Assembly: GCA_965153455.1 (NCBI GenBank)
Contig: OZ234493.1
Span: 26,712,213 to 26,776,212 of the forward strand
Source of the DNA: Sphagnum compactum
Lineage: Eukaryota
Length of the DNA: 64,000 nt
Reading direction: 5' to 3'
The notes beneath the pieces are model-generated. The model had not been told where the DNA came from. It searched no databases and was given only the letters and a program-made list of their open reading frames with translations. The translations under genes were made by a program, and so were the position numbers. This document shows positions 24,181-38,438 of the stretch, in pieces. The number at the start of each line of letters is the position of its first letter. The first letter of the stretch is position 1.

Positions 24181-27100
24181 CTTCAACACTGTTTCCTTTC
24201 CCCTAATGGCTCAGATTTTTAGCAACCCATGCAAATGTAACATAGAGACCACAGAAAGTGGCCATGGGTTGGTTGAAGTATTAGTACAGATGCCGATTCC
24301 TGACTAGGAGGTTGTCTTTGTTCTGCAGTAGCAGCTGTGGGTGAATCAAACTCTACAGCTCCACACAAGGGCAATTGTTGTACTCCTTTCATTTGGGTTT
24401 GCATGGAATTCAATACAAGAGCTTTAGGACAAGTTTGTGTTGATCAATCTTCCTGTTGTAACCGCAACACTCATAACTCAATGGTTGTTATGAATTTGTT
24501 GGCCATTGGGGAAAGGAAGACAGGTGCAGAGGAGCATAACCGAACATGCCAGCAGCAGGTGGAATAATGTTTTCACACAGAATTAGCCAAAATTAGTACC
24601 TGCTACTTACTTGAATTCAAAAGCAATATTTTTCAGTTTTGGAGCTTTTTTCCATTCCAAAAAAAATTTAAAACTGTACCTTCATGTGCACCATTGCACA
24701 ACAATACAATCACCCAAGGACATTCATTGGTGGTGCAACATACACTCAGGTAGGTTAAATTATTTTCAGATATTTTCTGTTTGATTTGTTCACAGGGCCC
24801 ACATTGTTGGTTTCAGACTAATATGGCAAAACATGTTTTTCCAATGCAATCATGGCAGAAAGTGTAGGACCAACAACCAAAAAGTGCAAGTAAGGCTGTG
24901 ATGATGAGGTCCTCAAGCTGAATGAAGCCCGTGAACCAATAATCAAACGGGTTTAGGATTTAGGGCAAGCTTATGGGGCTCAATGCAGGGAACAAGGTTC
25001 AGGTAGAGTACTTGGTTTCTCTATTGTTTCTATATTGTAGTGGTCTTTGTCAGCTCGCAGAATTTGCACACCAGTTGGAGCCATCATTCGTACGCTTGTC
25101 ACCGCTGCCACTTTCCGTGTGATTTTTTTTCAATTTGGGGCTGTATGGTTGAGTGATTTGGTGTAGGGTGGGAACTCCTGAGGAGCAGGGAGTTCCCAAA
25201 ATAACTGCCCCCAAGGCAAGAGCCAATAGTGGTTAGTTTGGGGATTCCCTGGCCCAAGGAAGTTACCTTATGTAAACCCCAATGACAATCACCCACAGAT
25301 GAAGCCCACATGATTTCCCGAAATGCCTGATGAAGCCATGATGATTTCATGAACTGCCTGACAATAGACCAAAATGCCCAACAACAAAATGAAACTCCCT
25401 TCCACCTCCCCTTCCACCTCCCGAGAGGGAAATTCCACTTTATAAATCCCACTCCTCCTAGTGATAAAAGACCACGCCAGGGCCAGGGCTTTAAGTTAAA
25501 GAGGGAATTCTCCCCTTCATCCCTTCTGCAGGTGTCCCTGTTGTATGTAGTGCAGGGTTGGTGGCCTTAATTTGTGCAACCGTGTTGTTGTACACACATC
25601 ATATGTTTTGTTATAATTTTGGGTTGTTGGCTTCTTCCTTGCATTACAGTGGAGCTAACTTTCAGCTGGGATTTCCATTGAGGGTGGCTTGCTTATTTCC
25701 TGTTGACTTAAGGGCAGTTCCTCCCCCATCCGCCCACACACTTTTTGCACACTTTTACAGTTGGGTGTGGGAGAGCTTCTAACATCAGCTTGCTGCCTTC
25801 AAGTGCCTGTCCTCATTTTTATGGTTCAAGCTTCTTGGACAGGTATTCAAAGGCAGCAGGTTTGAGCTCCATTCATTATCTAGCGTAAACCCTAGCTAAC
25901 TTACTGATTGCTGCCAGGATGATGATCTGCATCGTGATAGCAATCACGTTGCCAGGGGGTTCAGCTGTATCGGAGCTAAGAGGATTTATTATTACAGTTC
26001 ACTTAAACCTCCCCTAAGGTTTGCTTCTAACACTGACCTAAACCTCTCCTAAGCTTTGCTTTAGTAGAGAGTAATCAACTCTTAACTTCTCTTTGATAAA
26101 GCACAAGGCTGACTCTTCTCTTCTTTCAAAACTCCCTTAAATGAACCCAAGTAATCTCTTCATGGGATCATTACAGTGTACCAATTCTAAATTTGCTTTT
26201 CCCAAAGTGTTATGATCAGCGAGAAACTAACCAGGGTAAACTGGCCGATGACTGAACATTTAGTGTCTCAGTCAAGGAGCTCTCGCTCAATATATTTTCT
26301 TTGTATATGGGGTAGATGATATGTAGACCATTAGATTGCACACACATTGGCCCTGAAATTGCTCAATTTGATTTTAAAATGATAAAGATATGCCCACATG
26401 AAGTTGGGGTGGTAAAAATTGTGAAAAGAAATTGCATCAAACACATGGCAGCCCATGGGGAGTTTGTTTGCCACCTATCAACAAACAATAATACCCTGAC
26501 TACCAAACACTACCTATTTCCATCGCTGAGATGAATGAAAAATCCCTTGCCAAATCTTCAAAATTATTGTTTAGCTTTAAATAAAGGGTGGAGATTTTAT
26601 TTTGTTTAGGGCTTCTAAATCTACGACGATGGGTGTATGCACCTTTGTTCACCAACAAATTTTCAAATGATTCTCAAAAATTGTGGGCGCCGCTCCTCCA
26701 TTTTGATGGGCGAAAATCCTTGAACCTCCTCCCTCCTCACCGAATTGTGTCAATCCTTTCACTCCACCCTGGCTCCTTTCTTCCAGACCACTTGCATCGT
26801 AAGGTGTATAGTCAAAAAACTTTATTATATGAAATATGATTCACTCCTTGCTTCCATTGTGATTTTGATTTTGAAATTTTCTTATTGAAACCTCTAAAGC
26901 TTTGGATGGATGTGTTGTAAGAGTTGGGTTGCCCCTTGCAAATTTTTTAAAAGGTAGATTTGCAAGTCTCCCTGCCCCTAGTGTTGTTACTTTATGACTT
27001 ATTTTTGCAGTTGCTTTGATGTTAGATGGCTACTGATTGAATATGGATGCAAGACTAACTTTGTGTTATGCTTTGTCATCCAATAGGATATGACTAGAAT

Positions 27101-28138
27101 GATATATTCATTTGATCCTATCACACGAATATTCTTGTAAGTGGGGTGTTGTTAAGCATTTTGTTTCTTAACAAGTGAGTAGTTCCTGTGTTGTGGCAAG
27201 GTTTTCTCAGTATGTGCAACCTATTTGTTACCTTGAATTGCAAATGTTTTATAAATCACATATGTAGCATATTCTTGTTCATAGTATTCCATGTAATTAT
27301 TGGTATGATCCATGGGCATCATCATTCATCCTAATTGGGTGTGATAGTTTTTGCAACTTAATGTTTGAACACATCCAAAAAGAAACGAAATGTGAATATT
27401 TTTTTCTAGATTATGGTCAAACTCCTAATCTTTGATTGGAAGGATTAGGCTATAATTCAAAAAATCATGCAAAGGTGGATTTAGATTGACAATTTTCCTC
27501 TGGCAAGATTCGATATCAACCAACTGGTTGAAGGCACAACAACATGAAGGTATAATACAAAAAACTTTGAACCAAACACAAATAGTTAATAAATGTAATT
27601 TGTCACCATTTCAGGCTGCAAGATATTTTATTAAATTGGATATTGCATCGAGCTACTTCCCTCTAGGATCATCATGTATGATGTTACAACTACCTTGTCC
27701 ATGGCCTTTTTCCACATGATATTTAAATACTGATCAAATGTTACAACATGTGTTTATGAATAATCAACTAATGGTTCTTTTCCTTTTGTCTGTCTTACAA
27801 ATAAACAAAGCCATGAAAACAAGTTGTGATAGACATGGATCCATGTGGTAAAGCTGGTGGAAAAAATAAAGTTTCTTATAACACATCAAGGTTGTCATCT
27901 AGGTTTACACCATTGAACTCCTCTAACTACTTTTCAATGTTAATAAGGTTATGAAGGATGTCTACATAATAACATTGGTCATGTTCAGACTTGTTAAAAA
28001 AATCTTTAGTTGTTGATTGAGAAACCACTTCACCTATATGCAGAAATTTTGTAGCTACACATTCTTTTCCCCAATTTTGATTTTGATTAGCTTCATCATC
28101 TATTGTGTTGTTTTCATTTCCTTGATCATTGACTAGCT

Positions 28139-28545
28139 CTATAGTGTGTATTTGTAAAAGTTGAATCTAAATGTCCATTGCTTTGGGATTGAAAGGCCAT
28201 ATACTTGTGGCCCTAAATTTAGAGTTGATATTTTTTTTGTTAATGATTGCTCCATAACCTGATTTACCCACTTAACCAATGTTATCCTATCTAGTTGCAT
28301 ATGATTATTTCTAGACATGGCTGCATCTTTAACCTTTTGAAATGTTGTCTTTAATGGCTTGATATAAGATACATCTAATGGTTTGAGAGCATGTGATGTG
28401 TGGGATGGTAGGGTGATCATGTCTAAGCCCATCTTTTGTTTGTGATATTGCTTCTAAGGTAACATGATTACCATGCCCATCTAGAACTAATAAATGTCTA
28501 TTGGTGAAAGAAACTCGACTTGGAACAATTTTTTTGAAGATCCAG
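28139..28545 (-). mobile_element. pogo/Tc1-mariner superfamily DDE_1 transposase fragment (pseudogene)
   Basis: Minus strand RHLLVLDGHGNHVTLEAIS followed, after a frameshift, by MGLDMITLPSHTSHALKPLDVSYIKPLK. These match the DDE_1 'LL-LDGH-SH' and 'LP-HTSH-LQPLDV--F-P-K' motifs. Confidence 0.85.
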
Positions 28546-30286
28546 CATTTTGGACTACATATTGTTAAATTTAATGATAATCTAAGTACTTCTTGAATCT
28601 CTAGTTATAAATTTGATCTATGATATATATGTTTTTAATTTTTTTTCTACTTTGATATTTAGAATTTGGTTTTTGTAGATATATTTATTCCTCTACATTC
28701 TACATATCTACTTGCTCTTCTACATGCTTTACTTTGATCTTCAAATTTGGATTTTGCAAAACTACTTTTGGAGTTGGTGATTCCCCTTTTACTTGCTTTA
28801 CTTTGATTTTCAGCTTTGGTTTCTACAGACTCTATTTCAAACCTTTTTTTTGTAATAAAAGTTTCAGACTTGACCTATCTTCCTCTACTTTCACTGGCAA
28901 ATCTATAATTTTCAACGCTACATCACTAGAACCTAAGAACTGTAAGCAAAGTTGCAATTGTTCTTCTACTCTAGCTCTTAGAGATGATATACTTATAAAA
29001 CATTGTAAAGACTAAACCAATGTTTTGATTTCAACTTATGTGTAAACTTGATTTTGCATTAAGGCTTTTGGAAGGAATTAGAAATGTTTTAACATAGGAG
29101 GATTTAGAAGATACTCTCCTTTGGAATCCTTTCGAGGACTAATCAATGGAGTTTTTTGGAATACTCAAGGATTTGATGTTTTGTTGATTTTTGGGCACAA
29201 TGTTTTTATTAAGACTTAAGTTATATTTATGAACAGTTGCATGCCTTTCAATGTGATATAAAACTCCCATAACCAAACTTTTTTTTGCAATTTTCGTTAT
29301 TCATTTTTTTAAACCAACTTCAATCCAACCATTGGCTTTGAAATACCTTATGTTTTGCCCTTAATTTGTTTCAAAAGACACCTATAAACAAAAACTCTAT
29401 ACTTGACAATAATATTAACCAAATGTTCCTTTATTTTTAGTTTAGTGCTTCAAGTTGTGCTATTATTGTCCCGTGCCAAATGGATCATATACATAATGAC
29501 ATTAATATTCTTTCAAATACCAACTTCTCCTTCCCACATCATGTGAAGAATTAAAAATAACGAACAATTATTTTTAGTATTGGACGTTCGGTCATAGGAA
29601 GATTTTGAATGCTCGTAGCTTTGCCCACGACCATTCACTGATGTTGAACTAACCTATTAGGGTGTTCAATTACCAGGTTCTGTTTGGTGGGGGGGCATAT
29701 TTACCCTAGTTACTTATTTACCTTATGAAAAGTAAATTACTTTGACACATCTTACACTAATTTCCAACTAGGTATGTATGTACTACCATATCTATATTCT
29801 ACATTAAAATGATGAAACCACATAGTTTTACCTCACACATATTGAGAGGAGTCAAGTCCTACTACCAACATTTTTTTTCCTTAACAATTTCTAGCCAAAT
29901 TTTGACAAGCAAAATAGGCCTAGAAAATGGCCTTTAGGATTCTTTTGGATTTTTTTCTTCAAGTCACCCCAAAACCCCCTTGACCCTACACATGGGGGCT
30001 AGACCTTCCTCCTTGTAAAAATTTTCATTGCCTTTGGCAATTTTGCTAAGAAAATCCATCATTAGCTAGTAGCACAAACCTTCAAAATGTCACATTGCCA
30101 TCAATCAACAAAGGAACTCTCTATTTTTGCCAACAACACACTATGAGCAAAGAGGACCACCTCCATCACAATCTTGTGGGTCAGATTGGTTGTACATCAA
30201 CAACACAATGTGCCAAGTTCATAAAACAAGTTGATAGTTTTCCTTGATTTTGGCCTACATAATGGATAGAGGTTACACGTTCATGT

Positions 30287-30481
30287 TATTAGGATTTTTC
30301 AAAGATCAAATTAATTGTCATTATTTTAACAATTGAATGTTATAGACTCTTATGTTTACAAAAGTGAGGATTTAAGAAGATCTATGAAGACAAGGTACCA
30401 AGTGTCAAAACCATTCACAACAAGTAAAGATAACAAGGATGAAGTAATGAAGTGAAGCTTCATTCATCTAGTTTTCCTACA
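30287..30481 (-). repeat. Copia 3' LTR
   Basis: Direct repeat of 46995-47189 (tattaggatttttcaaagatcaaa...gaagcttcat.catcta.ttttcctaca), next to the PPT. Confidence 0.9.
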
Positions 30482-33256
30482 CCCTCCCTATAGTTGATCT
30501 TCATTAACGAATGTCTTCAATATAATGTAGGCCACTATGAATTACACAAAATTCATGTTTGGGCCAAAGTAAGGATTTAATAAGAAAATATGTTATCATG
30601 TATGTGGTATTACAATAAATTAATTGAATGGTTTTTTTTTCAACTTGTTCGCAGAGAAAGTGATAACGGATAGCTATATGTTTAGATTGTTCATGGAACT
30701 TTGGATTTTGTGCCAACTTAATACATGATTGATTATCATAATGAAGCTAAATGGGTCGATGGGGAATATGAAACCCAAGATCAAACACCAATTGATAAGT
30801 ACATAATGCTTATTTGGGGGCACTTGTTACTACCATCTATTCTGCTTTAGTAGTAGAAATAACAACAATGGACTGCTTCTTATATTGCCATGATATAAGT
30901 CCATTGGCATGTTGAAACAAATAACCAATTATGAATTAGCGATTATCAACATTAATAGCCCAATAAGAATCACACCAACCAATAAAAGACATTATTGAAG
31001 AATGAAAGTAAATAATTCCAAGGTAAGCACGTAACCTTAATATACCATAAAACCTTTTTTGTGGTAGTCCAATGTTCCTTTTCTAGGATATTCATGAAAT
31101 TGAGAAATGTGAAAAGCAAGACCAACTAGGTCAAGACATGTGCATACCATAGCATGCATTAAACTTCCAACAACATTTTTGTATGGAATGTCCTTCATGG
31201 CAATTACATCTTCAACAATAATTGGTGCCATACTTTTGTTAAGTTTTAAAACTACGAGAAATGGTGTAGTGACTAGATGGCAAGAATCCATCATAAAGTA
31301 GGCCAATGTATCATTGAGATTTTTTTTTAAAGATAGATGGATCTTCTTAAGTCTTTGATTCCATCTAACTTGGATACCAAGACAATAAGCAATTTCCCTA
31401 CTATCAGTCATTTCAAATTCCTTATACAAGGATGTTTTTGTGAAAGTTAATAAGGCTAAATGATTGTTCATTAAAATAGTGTTGTCAACATACAAGCCTA
31501 TGAAAATAAAAGTTGCACCAGCTCATCGAACATATATGTTGGTGTCGATTTAGCTCTTGGTGAAGCCAATCCCCAGTAGATAAGAATTCATTTGTTCATA
31601 CCATACCCAAGGAAATTGTTTAAATTATATATAGTAAAAGTTTAAATATTTTAGTTTTTGAGCCTTTTGTATGTAGCCTTTAGGTTGTTGCGTGAATATT
31701 TTTTCATGCAAAGTGCCATTGAAAAAGGTTGTACGAACATCCATTTGATGAATTTCAAGATCCAAGGCCATTGCAAAAGAAAAGAAAATTCTTAAGTCAA
31801 TTTTACCACTGGACTAAAAATTTCATGGTAGTTTATTCCAAGTTTTTAAAAAAATCCTCGAACCACAAGTCAAACTTTATATTTAAGAATGGACCCCTTA
31901 GCATTATACTTTTTATGAAGTATCAACTTACAACCTATCAAAGATTGATGTGAAGGTAAATCAATCAAACTTTTATGAAGTTTGATTTTGAATTAAAAAA
32001 TTATACTCATCATCAAAGGCTTCCTTCCACTTGGAATCATTTGGTGAATTTATAGCTTCTTTAAATGTGTGTGGTTCATTCACCTCCATATAAAACACAT
32101 ATGCAAAGTTCAAATGGCCTTTTAGAATTGAAAAAAATCTTGAAAATGATGAGCTTCATGGGCTGATATGGGAGGTGTCCTTGGGAATATTTATTGTATT
32201 ATGGTTGCTTGATGCGGTGGATTGATATTTCTTGGGGCCTTGCTACTCAGTTCATTGGAACACTAAAAGATGGTTCTTCAAATTCAACATCAAAAGGCAT
32301 AAAACCTTCATCTTCCCCTTCTATTGATTCATAAATAGTTGCATCAAATGTTGTGTACCCTTCTTTTTAAAACATGGCCTCTTCATTAAAAACCACATTT
32401 ATTTTAAGAATGATTGTTTTCTTTATTTTGTCATAAAGTTGATAGGATTTATGACATGATGTTTCCCCATAACCCAAAAATATGCATTCATGCAACTTCA
32501 TTTCCAATTTATGGCAAAGCTCAATAGGAATACGAACATATGCTGGATATCCAAAAATGTTAAAATTGCTCACATCTAGTTTGATACTAGACCAAGTTTC
32601 ATGTAATGTATAATCTTTTAGTGTTGAAATGTAAATTGCAAAAAGATTCCTTTTGCTTCATAAAATTGTTGAAACTTTTTATTGACAAATTCACTACCAT
32701 AAACTATTCAAAGAATTTTTATTCTTTTCTTAGTTTGACTTTCCACCATGCCACTATAAATTTGGAATTTTTCAAAAACTTTGGATTTATATTCACAAAG
32801 TGTATTGTGGTGAATCTAGGATAATCGTCAATGAAAGTAACAAGATACTTAGTTCCACCAATTTTCATTGGTCCACAAACATTTGAATGGATGAGCTCAA
32901 AAATTGCTTGTGTTTTTCCACCACCATGGGTAAGAAATCTCATTCCTTGTTGCTTTCCATACAAGCAACTTTGACAAAATGGTAATGTGGAGATAAAATC
33001 ATTTATTCCATTAACCATTTTTTTGGTTTTCATCAATTTCAATGTTTGCAAATTGCAATGGCCCAATCTTAAATACCATTTCATTGTGTTTTCATCACAC
33101 CCATCTTTTGTTTGTGTAAAATTCAAAGTAGGGTCTTTCCTTGTGATTCCCTTACCAATGGGTATAAGGATCTTTCCTTCATGCATTCAATATGAATGTG
33201 CATTTGGGACGGTTGTTGTGAGGTGAGTACACATTCATCTTTTGTGAATTCAAACT

Positions 33257-33881
33257 TGGTAGAAATTATATTTAATCCCTACAAAATTATTTCACACTAA
33301 TGTAACAACAAATTTGCATTACAATACGCACACATTCACAATTTATTATTTGATTTTAAACACACCTAATTCTATAGTTCATTAAAACACCATATTCATG
33401 GTTATTTCATATAACTAAAATATGCACTTCATAATACAAAGCAAAAAAATCCAAAGACAAAATTACAATTCATTTCATCATATTTTGATACTACAACAAA
33501 TTCACACAACAATCTGAACATAAAAATCCCCGCAGAAGTTTATATTTCTCTGTTTTACTGAAAATTGCATCAAAATTAGGGCAAAATTCCATGTTTTGTT
33601 GAAATGAAATGAAAACAGTAATCAAAATTTATGGTATATCCAAAACAGAATTTGCGGTTGTCTACTACAAAGTACCTACAGCTCCTCTTACTCTTCCCAA
33701 AACTGTGTGTTTAATCCTCCCCTCCTTCATCCCAGAACTCCTCCTTTTGGGCAATCCCAAATCACATCCTCATGGTTCCAATAACAACAAGAATTCAAAT
33801 TTCAAACTAACAACATTCCATGATCAGTCCCTATCCAAATGCCTTGTTCATCCAAACCATGTACTCATCCTCCCATTAACA
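33257..33881 (-). repeat. Gypsy 3' LTR
   Basis: Direct repeat of 44871-45497, for example ttctatagttcattaaaacaccatattcatggttatttcatataacta and agtccctatccaaatgccttgttcatccaaaccatgtactcatcct. Confidence 0.93.
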
Positions 33882-33999
33882 TTACCCCTCTATACTTTGG
33901 ATTCCGTCCCCAAAATCCTTGGAAAATGACAGATTATGAAATGAATGTATTCTATAACATTTTAAACATTTGTCTCCTCCACTACAATCTCTATAACCT

Positions 34000-36900
34000 C
34001 GACTTGTTCAACAACCAATGGTTCTGTACCCACCTCTGGCTTTGCAATTCTAACCTCCTCCATTAACTCAATATGTGGTTTTATTTCCAAGGGTTGTATT
34101 TTTGGATACTTCTTTTTATGTTGTTGGAATAGACTCCACCTATTCTTATTCTTGAGTTATATGTGGTTATATCTCTTCTTGGCCCCCTCCTCTGAGGTCT
34201 TGTGGTTTCTCTGTTTGTACTTCCCCCTCAGTTGTTTCTCCTCGAAGGTTCTATGGTTCTTCAATCTACACTTCCTCCTCCCAAGTCATTCCACTGGGCC
34301 CTACTTCAGCCTCTTCATCCTTGTTCGATGCCTCTGTACTTATTGGACTGCCACAAAGAAAATCTAAATTTTTTTTTTGATAGAAATCTAATTTATACCT
34401 CAAAAAAATTTCATTAGTTCTATGTTGAGCTAGATTCTTTTCCAACTCCTTTGTAAAATATTCTTCTACAACCTCCCACCATTTTTCATATTCTACCTCA
34501 GAATCCTTCATCTTATTCTTTGTTCTCATCGAGGTATACTACATAACATTTGTTCATAATCCTCTAACCTTCTCTTAACACCAACTAGGTCCATACTTTT
34601 CCCCTGTTCTTATGCAATCTCTAACTGTGCTTGTAGGTGTTGCAGATTTTTTCGATATCCTTCTTTTCCTCCATCAACTTTTCTCTTTCTGCCTATGTTG
34701 TGTTTCTTTTAAACTCTTCACATTGCAGCATAAATGTATTCTTCATATTCACCAATTCCAAATTAAATTTGTTTTAAAACATTCTCCTTTTCCTTCTTTT
34801 CCTTAGTGAGTGCATTCACCTAACTATTCAAAGTTTCTTGTTGTTGCTTATGAAAAAACAATGTTTCTGTCCACTTTCTCCATGGTGTCCTGGATTTCAG
34901 CCTTTTGTTTTAAATCCTATAGTTCTTCATCTCATGACTTCAGCCTTGTTATGCTCTCTTTGAGCTCCTCATTCTCATCCTATAGTTTTTTAATGAGCAC
35001 TTTAATCTTCTGTTCAGCCTCTACCCTATTATTCTTCTAGATTTCCACATTATGTTTATACCCCTTTTAGAAGTTTTTTTCCTAATTTAATTCCTCTTCT
35101 TGTACTGCTTTTTCCTTCTCCCTTATGGCCAATCTATTCTTTAGATTGTTCACCTCCATATTCAAATTCCCCATATTCAAATTTACAATTGCCATAGTTT
35201 GAAATAATTTAGCTGCTTTCTATGCTTGCATTACTTCTACAACTACCTTCTCCACAGACTTTGGTGTACTTGTCTGTGTCGTAGGATTTTTGGATCCTTT
35301 TGTAGATAATCCCATCTCCTACACCAATTTGCTCCCCAGCTTAAATTTAAATGGAAATCCCTTTGCAAATCCTAGTATATTAATTGGTACTTGTAGTTTT
35401 GATGGTTTGAACTCTACAAAAGAAAGTTTTGTCTCCACTCTCTCCATGTGTAGTCCACTAGCATGTAGACCTTCCTGTGTCTGCTATTGTTGTTGCTACA
35501 AATGTTGTTATAAATGCTCAAATGTTGTGAACTTTTAGTGGTATCCATCCAATCTTCATATACATCCCCATCAAAGTGTAGATGTTCCTCACCTTCTAGA
35601 AACCTTGTGTCATGTTTCCTCTTAACTTCCTGCCTTTGCTCCCTCAACTGTCTTTCCTACGGAGATGTCATCTGTCGTACTTCCTACCTCCGCTCCCTAA
35701 ATTGTCCCTCCTGTGGAAATGTCATTTGTGGTACCTTTGTAGTTTGTTTGGTTGCCTGTACCATTATTAGCATTGCCCATACCACTGTTGGCATTGTAAA
35801 TGGTTCCATTTTACCCCTCATCATTTTTTGTGCCCTTGTTGTTGTGTTTTCCTGTTCCTTCTTCACTCTTGAGCCTGAGGCTCCTCCTTCCTCAACTTTG
35901 TTCTTCCTTTTAAGAACACTTCTTGGTGAGTCTACTACAACCTTTTTTTTGTTTTCCAATATTGTCTGCACCTCTTCCTTAATTCTTTTAACCTTGGTCG
36001 GTGGTTTATGTGGATTCTCCTTTCGATGCACAAGTAGATATTGAAAGATTTTTGCCAATACCAAGGCAAATTGACAAGTATCTTTCTTTATCCCCCTTAT
36101 TATCCTTGACATACTTATACCACCAATCTAATTCACTACATAGACTATTGAATATAATTTGTGCCTAATCTACCTTTTGCCCCCTTTTTGCTTTCACCAA
36201 TGTAATAACATTCTTGTTGCTAAAATATTGTACCTTCTACCTTTGATAAATGACATATATAATTACAAGATATCTGACAAAGTATGGCAAACCCAGACAC
36301 TTTGCATTCCATTAATCTGCAGAAGAATTTGCAAGTGTAAGTCTATAACTCTATAATGCTTGAACTGTTAATGACTTACTGGCCTGCCCTTTAGGATCTT
36401 TTACATACCTTTTGCACGTACTCCAAAGACATCTACAATTAGTTGTTTGCTAATGACATACACATTATCCTTATGCCCAAAGTAATTAATTGCGCCCTTG
36501 ATCAATAACGTGTTCAGAAATTCCAACATGATATCAAGCATTAGTGCTTGCCAATATCAGAAACAAAGGAACAAGCTTTGCTTTAGAAGCCCAGTCTTCT
36601 TCCTCAACAATAACCTTCTAATTCTCCATCCGTTCAACATGCCTATCACAATTTTGTTTCATTTGTGTCCACATGAATTGTTCAAGATCTAGAATTTTAA
36701 TACCTTTCTCCAGAAGTGTAGCTTTGTCCAGGATTGCATGTCTTCTCTTTGCTACAACTTTTGACTCACACATCTTGACTCATCGCCCTTTGTTGTACTT
36801 CTGCCATCGCTTGCACCTCTATGGATTGTTATATTTCCACTTGCACTTCTATGGATAGTTGTATTTTTGCTTCAACAATGTTCTCCTCCCCTATGTCCTT

Positions 36901-37300
36901 ATGCATTGCCTATGCTTCCACAACTTCGTCTTCCTCTGATTCTTCAATGAACACTGGATCTACTGATGTAGCTCCTTGTCCTGTTTGTTCTCTTGCACGC
37001 CAACGTTTTCTACTTTTGCGCAAAAACTCAATTGTAGATGTTCTAGTCATATCTATATCATGAATTATTGTCTGCACAAATTATATCTTCTCATTATATG
37101 CCTTCCCTTTTGCACATTTCGAAGATGATGAATGTGGCGACAACTTTACAACCAATGGCTGAATATTCAACACACCTTCATGTTCTGCTCTTCTCAACTC
37201 CTCTTCTACTTTTGTTCTTCTCAACAATTCCGTTTCCTCCTTTTGCTTCCGTCTATGCTCGTTCCTTTGTGTTTCCTTTTCCTTTACTATTCGCTACAAG
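34000..37300 (-). pseudogene. Decayed additional coding region in the Gypsy 3' region (sense to pol), with a charged coiled-coil-like C-terminal part
   Basis: Minus-strand fragments 35684-36112 (K/E-rich), 35414-35647 and 34266-34529 (EYEKWWEVVEEYFTKELEK), plus a manually read segment at about 36100-36250 (KVQYFSNKNVITLVKAKRGQKVD*AQIIFNSL). It lies between INT and the PPT. Confidence 0.55.
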
Positions 37301-38297
37301 TTTTCAACCACACTCTCTACACTCATGCTTATATGATCTCCATAACTTTGAAAACACTCACAAATTTTGGTAAGAAACGAAAACCACTTTTGACAGTTAT
37401 GTTGTTTTTTTCGTTCTTGAACTTTCCACCCATCGCATTCATTTTTTCATTTGCCTACCATCCTTTAATTAATGCCTAATTCTCAAAATTAATACAACCC
37501 ATCATTACATTTTTTTTGTCCCTTGTATAGCCTCATGGAGGCATTTCGCATTATCATTATGAATGAACACCTCAGATTTCATCTTTTGATAAGTCCACAT
37601 CCTTAATCTCCCTACACTAATTGTACTGAGTCCATCTCATTCACCGTATACGCCTTCTGCTAATTGTGTCAACTCATGTGCTGACTATGGCAATACATTT
37701 GCTAACTGTATCGTTTCTTTTGTTGACTCAGAAACTAAATCTAATGTTTATGCAAATACCCCTGATGATTGGGTGAATATTTCAGTTGATTCAATCGATA
37801 CCCCTAACATTTCATTGTCAGATCTCTGCTTCCCAAATCCCTTACTTCTATAATTATTATTCATGGATTCATTAGTCATATGTAGTTCCACAATCAATAC
37901 TATGTTAACTGCAGGATCCTTGATCTTCATTATTCCGTATCTGTGGTTTCTATATGTCACAATCTTCATCTTCCACTTCCATATCAAAATCCTCCACCTG
38001 AAATCCACCTGTATTTTGTTCCTAATACACTAACATTTGTTGCTTTTGTTTCTGAACTTTAGATTCCATGTATTTGTAAGGTTTGAGCTTATTCATATTG
38101 ACCAGCACAAGGTTAATCTCAAACTTTTCAATTGTCACCAATAACATAGTGTTATTTGGCAATACATACTGTACTTTGTACGGTCCAAACCATTTCTTAA
38201 TAAACTTCCCTAGGTGTGATTTATTTCCCTTTGGAAACCACAAAACATAATCACCAAAACTAAAATGTTTTTATAGATTTTTTTGTTGACTCCATAA

Positions 38298-38438
38298 CAT
38301 TAGAAGAAAACCCCCATTTTTTGACTTGTCTTAGGCGACTAAAAGTGTTTTTTGCGACTATTTTTTATCAAAAAATAGTCGCAAAAAACACTTTTAGTCG
38401 CCTAAGACAAGTCGAAAAATGGGGGTTTTCTTCTAGTG
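38298..38438. mobile_element. 141-bp foldback miniature element with CACTA-type termini, inserted in the Gypsy integrase
   Basis: The 69-bp arms 38298-38366 and 38370-38438 are reverse complements with 2 mismatches and a 3-nt loop (atc). Ends are catta.. and ..tagtg. Flanks are ..ccataa | tataatgttc.., consistent with a taa duplication. Confidence 0.88.

Noticed and set aside
35514-36044. 176-aa Cys/Ser/Leu-rich + strand ORF in the Gypsy, a possible antisense or env gene
   Set aside because: Its composition is what the antisense of the K/E/R-rich minus-strand remnant would give, so it is likely a shadow ORF.
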